DNA of 64,000 nt from Thalia democratica. Lineage: Eukaryota. This document shows positions 56,165-64,000 of the stretch, one piece after another. The DNA lies in NCBI GenBank assembly GCA_965202585.1, contig OZ241833.1, forward strand, positions 22,134,001 through 22,198,000. The letters are read 5' to 3'. A model generated the notes under the pieces. That model was not told where the DNA came from. It searched no databases and was given only the letters and a program-made list of their open reading frames with translations. The position numbers and the translations under genes were made by a program. How positions within the stretch are numbered: position 1 is the first letter of the stretch; each line of letters begins with the position of its first letter.

Positions 56165-57046
56165 CAAGGGTTGGCAAACTGCGGCCCGCAAGCCCATTAA
56201 TTTTTTTTTTGTCAACTAGTTTAATATATTGTTAATCTCAAAAAAAAAATTATTTTAGTGTTATATTTAAAAAATAAGGGCATAGGGGGGTAAAACACCC
56301 TTTTTTGGTTTTTGATTTTATTTTATTTAGTTTTTACTAAGCTACAAGATGATTTTTACAGACTTAAAAAATTCACAATAATTTTTGAGATATAGCCAGT
56401 CAAAGTCGGAGGCAACAATGGGATCTTTATGGGAGGCTCAAACTAAAACGGCAAATAACTAGAAATAGATAAAATTCTTACTCCTCCTACGCTTTTTGAG
56501 ATAACTACCTCAAATTTTTAGGAAATGTTCCTTGCAACATTTAAAAAATTCTGTCGGAACAGAATTTAAAAAAATTAAAAAATTATAACAAAAAAACTAA
56601 AAAAAAACTGTTTTTGTTGTTTATTTTTTGTATAAAGTTTTTATTTTTTTATTTTTTAAAAATTCCTTTCAACAGAATTATATAAACATATCAAGGAACA
56701 TTTCTTAAAATTTGAGGTAGTTATGTTAAAAAACGTAGGAGAAGATAAATTTTTAGTGAAACAGTCTATTTTTGCAGTTTTAATTTGCGCCTCCAATAAG
56801 AAACCTATTGTTGCGTCCGACACTTTGACCTGCTATATCTCAAAAAATATTTTGAATTTTTTAAATCTGTAAAAAGCCTTTTGTAGCTTAGTTTAACTAT
56901 ATAAAATAAGATCAAAAACCATAAAAGGGTGTTTACCCCCCATGCCCATAATTTATCGCCTAAACTTTTTTGTTCAAAAAAATTATTTTTTAATATGTCT
57001 TTTAAAGCACATAAAAAATGTTCCTTTTTTGACCTGCCAATCCCTG
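56165..57046. mobile_element. hAT (Charlie-like) non-autonomous element hosting a nested Kolobok-like MITE
   Basis: CAAGGGTTGGCAAACTGCGGCCCGC left end and CTGCCAATCCCTG right end. Degenerate 8-bp TSD CTGTAGAG / TTGCAGAG. Confidence 0.7.
56278..56947. mobile_element. Kolobok/T2-like palindromic MITE, ATAA TSD
   Basis: ATAA|GGGCATAGGGGGGTAAAACACCC ... GGGTGTTTACCCCCCATGCCC|ATAA. The two halves are imperfect inverted copies over nearly the whole length. Confidence 0.85.
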
Positions 57047-57670
57047 TTGCAGAGGAAAGAGTAAGTCTGATGTTTTTCTACTATAAAAATTAAATAAATA
57101 AAAAATAAAAGTACAGAATAAGAACATTGTTTTTGGCATAGCTACATTACATGTACTTATAAAAAATAGTATATATGTTGTTAATGACTATTTGAAAACA
57201 TTTTCCAAATTTTTAGTCAATCCATTAAGTAAGTATGACATCACAACCAATACTCACTTTTAGTACTACTTTTTGATGTGACATCATAATTACTATATAG
57301 ATCAATTTAAATTAAAAACTTATTTTGAAAATATCTTAAATAAAAAGTTTAAACATTTTCATAACTATACTAGCAATAAACTTTCTGTTCATTAGGTTTA
57401 TAGCTAAAATCATAATCTGTTGTGACATTTTAATTACTTTATGAATAGACTAAAAAGTAAGGAGTGGTTTTAAAACACAGCAATCGCCCGGCCTTGCGCC
57501 AACCGGCATAACTTTTGCTTATGCTTTTGATGAAATTTTTGGATTAGTTTAAAACACTAAATGTAACAGAATCTTGGCTTTTTACTCAGAACCTTCAAAG
57601 GTAAATTACTTTTTTTTTGCTAGTTCTAGTTCAAGCCCTAGTAAGGCCCCAATAAATGTGAATGGATATT

Positions 57671-58254
57671 GGTAATTTCCTAGGATGATTTCGCACCAAT
57701 ATCAAAGCAAAAATATTTTACACTTTCTAATTTTACATTCTGATAAGACAAGTATAAAATTGAAATATAGGGAACACGATTACTCAAATTTGGCAATAAA
57801 CTTTTGTTTAATAGTTTTATCAGTTGTTTTTTTTATTATCACTCTTACCCTTAACCCTTACTCTTGATTGGTAGCTTTTTTTTTATTAATTTTTTTTTAA
57901 TTTTCTTTTTTATAATATTTTTTATTAGTTTATTATTTTACTATCACTGCTACCCCTAACTCTTATTTTCAATCAGTAGTTTGATTTGATTTTTAATTTA
58001 TTAACCTTTCAGTTTTATTTTTTAAAATAATTTCTATTAGTTATTTTTATCTTTACTATCACTGTTACCCCTAACCCTTACCGGTAGCTTTTTTTAATCA
58101 AAAATTCAATTTATTTACCTTAAGGTCTCAATGATTAAGGTATAGTTTAGATTTAGAGCTTTTCAACTCTATACTTGTCTTATCAGAATGTAAATTTGTT
58201 AGTGTAAAATATTTTTGCTTTGATATTGGTGCGAAATCATCCTAGGAAATTACC
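57671..58254. mobile_element. MITE with about 85-bp TIR and perfect 8-bp TSD (TGGATATT); Merlin-like GGTAA terminus
   Basis: GGTAATTTCCTAGGATGATTTCGCACCAATATCAAAGCAAAAATATTTTACACT...CTGATAAGACAAGTATA is inverted at the right end. Three internal CCC(C/T)TAAC modules. Confidence 0.9.
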
Positions 58255-58928
58255 TGGATATTTTATTAGTAAAAGTTTTTTTTTGCCAACGGGTGTTTAT
58301 GAAAACCAGTTTAGTAAACCCTGATACTGAAAAGCAAATACAGAACTTTTCATAACTCACCTATTCTTAAAAGTGAGTTGAGTCATTTAGTTATTATGAC
58401 ATCACAACAAAACAAAAATCTACAACTTTATTTTTTTTGATTAATTCAAAATCTACAATGTAAGGTGTTATGATCCTCAATACACTGTATACAAATTTTT
58501 ATATCTATATGTGCAGTAACTTTGCAAAATATAAGCTTCTTATATAAAAAAATATTTTTATTTTGATGTCATAGTTACTGTATATTGTACAGATAAAAAA
58601 TAGTTAATGCAAAAAAAGGTTCTTTGTCTAACTGCACTCAAAATATCCTAAAGACAAGAAGTGTATTAAGTAACAGAGTAAATAGCATGGTTCTTTATAA
58701 GACTGTGTATTTTTTTGGCTGATATTTATAGTAATAGGTTTAAAAAGAGTGCTAACCATTTTTTAAACTGTTAATGTTTTTAACTTTTGTTATTTTGTGA
58801 AATATTTGGTTTTAATCTTCCAAAATTCAGCTCAGGGAGTTTAGGAACTCTATGTCATTAAGTCACATTATTTATATAGAAGATTGCAATGTAGGTTAAT
58901 GACTCTGGTTGATTAAGTAAAGCAAGGA

Positions 58929-59036
58929 GGTGAGACTGGGAATTGAACCCGTGTACGCGTGAATCAAGCTGCTTTCGAATCTCCATCAACACACTATGTA
59001 CTCCATAGCCTTAAGGAGCAGAGCCACAATCTCACC
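58929..59036 (-). other. 108-nt tRNA-like / SINE-head-like element
   Basis: On the minus strand, 5' GGTGAGATTG pairs with 3' CAGTCTCACC (10 bp, one GU). B-box GGTTCAATTCCC lies just before the 3' strand. No canonical D or anticodon arm. Confidence 0.4.
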
Positions 59037-61038
59037 ACTTTATAATCTTAAACTTTAAATTTTACAAAATAGATTAAAAATACAAAATGTGTATTGTGTA
59101 CCTTTATGACCAAAAAATCTTTCTAAACACTAATACCATTGATCATTGAGTGTTTACTTTACACTGTTTTTCCTCAGTGTTTTACTTGTTCAGTGAAATG
59201 AGTTTATGAAAGAAAAGTAAAACAGCTGTTTAAATAAATGTTTAAACTAATTTGTACTTTTATCTAATTTGCATTACTAGCAACACTATGTTTGCACTTG
59301 AATGAAAAAAAAATCCCTTGACAATTATTACAACTCTTAAACTAACTCTGAACTTTTCAAACCTTTCATTTACACTTACACTAAACACTTTTTGAATGAA
59401 TTTTAATTTTAAATTTAAAACTTTAATAAATCACTATTTGTCGAAAAAGAAAAGTGTTCAAACTACAGTTGTAAATAAGAAAATCTTAAATATCTAAATT
59501 ATAAGACATTTTTTTTGAATTTATTAGGTTTTACTTACTCACATTAAATTTTTTTTGTTCACAAAATTATTAATTTTTTTATGACTTAAATAAAAAGTTT
59601 TTATTCAAGTTGTCTTTTTACTTTAAACAGTTTCACAATAAAAATAAAACTAAACATATAATAATTAAACAACTTTCGATTAAGATATTCTTTTTCTAAG
59701 ATGAATAGTTTTCGTATTATTTTGTTTAATTTTTTTTTTTTGATGAACAGCGTACAAACAGTTCTAAATTTTTACTAGGATTATTTATAGGAACAAATAA
59801 TATAGGCTTAAAACAAGTTTTAAAACAATTAAAAACTAGTTTTTAAAATTGGACAGTTTTGCAAAAGATATAATATTTTCCATTTAAACTTTAATTGCAA
59901 TTTTTTGAGCAAGAATAAATTTAGTAAAAAAATGAACTATTATCCATTCTTCCGAATCTAAAATTATATCAAATTACAAAGTCTAATATTTTTTCACTAT
60001 ATTTTTTTGCTTTTGTTTAACTTAATAGTTTTTAAAGTCCTCCTGTTATAAGTAAATACAATCTTACTACGTTGTACACTCGAAAAAAAGAGTAGTTTAG
60101 ATTGGAAAATCATATTCAACTTTATATAAGTAGTTTTGGAATATACTTGGTTAAAAGTAGTGTTATAAATAAACTGAAATAAGCAACTGTAAACATTTTG
60201 AAGCAATTTTTTATAAAACAATGCCTACGGGAGAGAAACATACGGCCCTCGCCCCTCAGTTAATAAGTTGTGGTAAATAAGTCAGTTGATTTAAAGTTAT
60301 AAAATTAGTTATGATTAAATTGTACAGCTATTTTAAAACAACTAATTATTTTGCGGTTAGATAAAATACATTCTCAGTTTTTAGTAAAGTATATAAACTT
60401 TAGAAATCCGCTAAAGTCTAAATCAAATAAACCTGCAACGTTTTCTACAAAATCTATTCCTAAATTCAGAATAGAGAAAATGATACTTCTAAACAAGTTT
60501 AATATTTTTTAAACTGCTTTTGTTTTTTAATGGGTTTTAATCATATACAAATACTTTTACAAAAATCTTAATCTGAAATAGTAAGTTTGCGTTATAGTCT
60601 CATCTCAGTAATACGTATTAAAACAATGTTACAAAATATTTTAGTGTTTTTAAAGCCATGAAAACATATTAAAACTTTATATTTATAGTTTATTTTATAA
60701 TTTAGTTCAACCTAATTTATAAAACTTTAGTAACTATTAAAGTCTACAATAACTTTTTAAATACAATTTTGTCATTTACGATCAATAAAATTACTTTTAA
60801 AAACTAATTCACTGAAGCTCTTGGAATAAAAAAAAACTTTATAAGCATATACGATATTATTTACCCACATTTTAGTAAACAAAATGTGTTATAACTAAAC
60901 GAATACATTATTTTAAAGGTATGATCATACCAATTTTATTTACAGACAAGTAGACAGTCTACTGAAAACTTGTGGTCTGATAACCAAATTTGTATGATTA
61001 AAGCTTTAAATTAACTTAAGTTTATTTAACGACATACG

Positions 61039-61193
61039 AAAGTCCAGGCCATACTTGGTAAAAAGTAGTGTTAAAAGTGTACAAAGATATCCCAGCAGTA
61101 GAATTTAAACTTATTTAAATAATAGTTTAAGTTCTAATATAAAGATTTTTTAATACTTTTAACACTACTTTTTACCAAGTCTTGTCTAGGCTT
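61039..61193. mobile_element. Short foldback MITE with about 40-bp TIR
   Basis: ACTTGGTAAAAAGTAGTGTTAAAAGT is inverted as ACTTTTAACACTACTTTTTACCAAGT. A related fragment lies at about 60141-60165. Confidence 0.7.
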
Positions 61194-64000
61194 AGGCTCT
61201 GTAGACTTTCGATGATGTTTTATTTGTCTATAAACAAATTAAAACTATTTATTAGCTTGTAATGTTCTAAAAATAAGTTTTCAAATATTATTTGTTTTAA
61301 AAACCAATCACAAAAATTGTTTTATAATAAAAAACATTTTATAGTAAGTTTGAATAAAGTCCTAATAACTGACTAACTAGTTTTTCTTTTTATTATTTAA
61401 GCTTTAAATACATAAAAAGACAAATTTAAAAATCTAAGTTAAGTTTTACATTAACTTCAAGCTTAAGGTGAAGATATTAAGTGTCTAACATTTTGCAATA
61501 AAAATTTAAACTTATTGATGAACGATTAAAATAATAATAGCAATAATGAAATTGTAGTTATGTTTTGTGAATTAAAGTAGATATTACTAAAACTTTTACG
61601 AATATTATTACAAAAACTTTTTTTTAACTAAAATCTACATAACAAAAAAACAGCTTAAAACTTTAGTTTATTAGTAAGCTCATAACTTACAAACTAATAA
61701 ATTTTAAAAAACATTTGTGAAGCAGTAGATTTCAATGTAATACTTCTAGCTTGACTTTAAAAATCGCAACGGTTAAAATAAATGTTTAGTTATTAAGTCA
61801 AACAGTTTTTATTTAACCTTGAAAAACTATTCATTGTTAAGTTGGATACAAAATACTATGAATGAACTTTTAGCTACGAAAACTTAACGATATTCAAATA
61901 CAAACTTTTTAAACTTAACTTATATCAAGTAGACGTTTATGAAAATGAGTTTAAGAAACCCGTTTAATCAATTAAAAAACTATTAAAAAAAAAAGTTTCA
62001 TTGAAAAAAATTGGAAAATAATATTTGGATACTACTGTAAAAACACAATTTTAAAAAACAAATTATAACACCAGTAGTTTACAAAAAAACGTATGTAGTT
62101 TAGTATTTTAGATTAGAAGTAAAGCATCTTATTTTTCTTGACATGTATCTAATGTTTTAGATATATTTAATAAAATGTAAAATTTGTTTTTTAATAAATC
62201 TAAAGCAAACTAGAAACGTTTAATTAATCTTACATACTAAAAAAAACTTGTTTGTTAAACTTAAAATCTTAGATTTTTGTAAAAAGTAAATTTAGCGTAT
62301 AAAAGTAACACGTGTTTTCATACATTAAGATGATACATTTTTAGTTTTTTATAAATAAACAAACTAAATTTTTTTACAAGTGTTTCAGTCATAAGACGAA
62401 AATAGAATTTGTTCAATTTTTGAAAACTTTTTTTTTTGAAATAACGCTTTACCTACTTATTCCAAATTCTCACTGTAATTAACAAACTAATATGGCTGCT
62501 TCTTATCAATAAATTACAATACTAGAAAATACTTAATCGAAGATTAAGCAGTAATTAACTAAGATTTAAACATTGTTCTACAAAAAAGTGGCTTTAATAA
62601 AATAAAACAACAAAAATAATTTCTAAAGTGGAAACACATTATTCAAAAAAAGTTAAAAATACTTGTACTAGCTATTTCTTTTAAAATTTTTTAGTTTCAA
62701 AACTGTTTAACATGAATAAAGTATTTTAGAAGTAATCATGTTACTCAACTATAACAAAAACACTAAATAAATAAAAAATTCCAAAAGATATCACCTTTCT
62801 TCCACTTTTACTAGCCTATGATCGAGCTTCAGAAAAGTAGAAATTTCCCTATGAAATATTGATAAGAAAAAACAGCGCACTCCTACGTTCATATTGATTA
62901 AAGGCAAATATTCACCCAGTATTGCGTTCGTTTCTTACTAAAAAGCCACTGTTTACGATTATTACAAGTTATTTTAATCTAATTGTTCTTGGCATAAAAT
63001 AAAACTTTAAGAGAAGCTTTAGTTTGAACTTTCATTACTTTTTTTGTTAGACCAAACTTTATGATAATTGACTGTCTAATATGCTTTTTGATTTTTTTTG
63101 TTTTTTTAGATTTGTATCTGTAAAATAAAAGTTTAATTATTTGTATGTTACTTAAACATCAATGTTTTATACGAGTACATTTACAACAAAATATAGCATA
63201 AACTTTTCCCGAGTAACTATAACACTGAATTATTTTATTAATTGTTAATGTCAGTTTTTAATAAATGGGTTTATTACCATTTCATATTTAACCTAAAAAT
63301 TTAAAAATTAATGCGCATTGACTCATTCTTGAATTAATTTTTTGTTTTTTTTTTAACTAAATTTTTAAGTTTATTTTTAGTTATAAAATGAAGTTTTAGT
63401 TGCATAAAGATAAGTTAACTCTAACGATAAACTATTTTACTGTATATTGCTTAAAATTTAAACCAGCAGCTGCCAATTTTTTTGTATTATTTTAATTTTA
63501 ACAAATTTGTAAATTAAATATTTTTTAGCTCTAAATATATCTAAACATATTTTAAACTTTTACATAAAGCAAATTCTATAACTCTAGACCAAAAAAATAA
63601 ATAATGATATTTAAGAAACATAATTTTACATTAAAAAAATCTACATACTCAAGAAATAGTGTAAAAACTATCTAAATGTCAGTAGTTAAAAACTGTATTA
63701 GTTGCAGATAACAACACTCTACAACTAATCTTTTTTTAAATTTGTTATTTAAAAACTAAAGATATTAATACACATTGTTTAACATTTTAACTTACTGATA
63801 CATATTGTTGTTCAGTATTTCTCATGTCAGTCAAGTAATTCATTCTGTAGCTTAACTAATACTTTGTTTTTATGGTTTTTATATAGTTGATTTTGCTGAC
63901 AAAAAGTTATACTAAACTATGTTTATAAGGTATTTTGGATTAAAATTTAATCCTTACCAAAACTAAACTATTTAATTAAACTATTTTTGTTTAATTAAGG

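Noticed and set aside
59100-64000. Possible additional gene at the right end of the window
   Set aside because: I found no coding-like exon on either strand, and the single ORF at 59997-60221 has low-complexity AT-driven composition.

Overview
AT-rich, intron-dense animal genomic DNA; not prokaryotic, with no rRNA, intact tRNA or CRISPR. It carries two minus-strand protein-coding genes. (1) A kinesin-3 gene of the unc-104/KIF1A/B/C family, CDS 53991 to 10516. I traced 42 coding exons by hand; every junction is GT-AG and in phase, and the total is 5283 nt (1760 aa: motor, neck coil, FHA, stalk, PH). (2) A five-exon PIM-like Ser/Thr kinase (6598 to 3219, 400 aa) with a long Lys/Arg-rich N-terminus. 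The most notable result is that the 533-aa 'orphan' ORF inside KIF1 intron 17 is not a nested gene. It splices in frame after exon 17 and encodes a KIF1B-alpha/KIF1C-type tail, so this single invertebrate-looking locus appears to encode both the KIF1A/KIF1B-beta (PH) tail and the KIF1B-alpha/KIF1C tail. Other signals: a 12-nt microexon in the motor K-loop, a YCAY (Nova-type) cluster before a frame-preserving cassette exon, a promoter-like RFX/CRE/CCAAT cluster inside coding exon 16, exon-length-dependent GC3, and an excess of GTT donors. Introns hold many non-autonomous DNA transposons (MITEs), some nested. Comparisons to human proteins are from recalled sequences and need alignment. The organism (probably a deuterostome, possibly a tunicate) is inferred, not shown.
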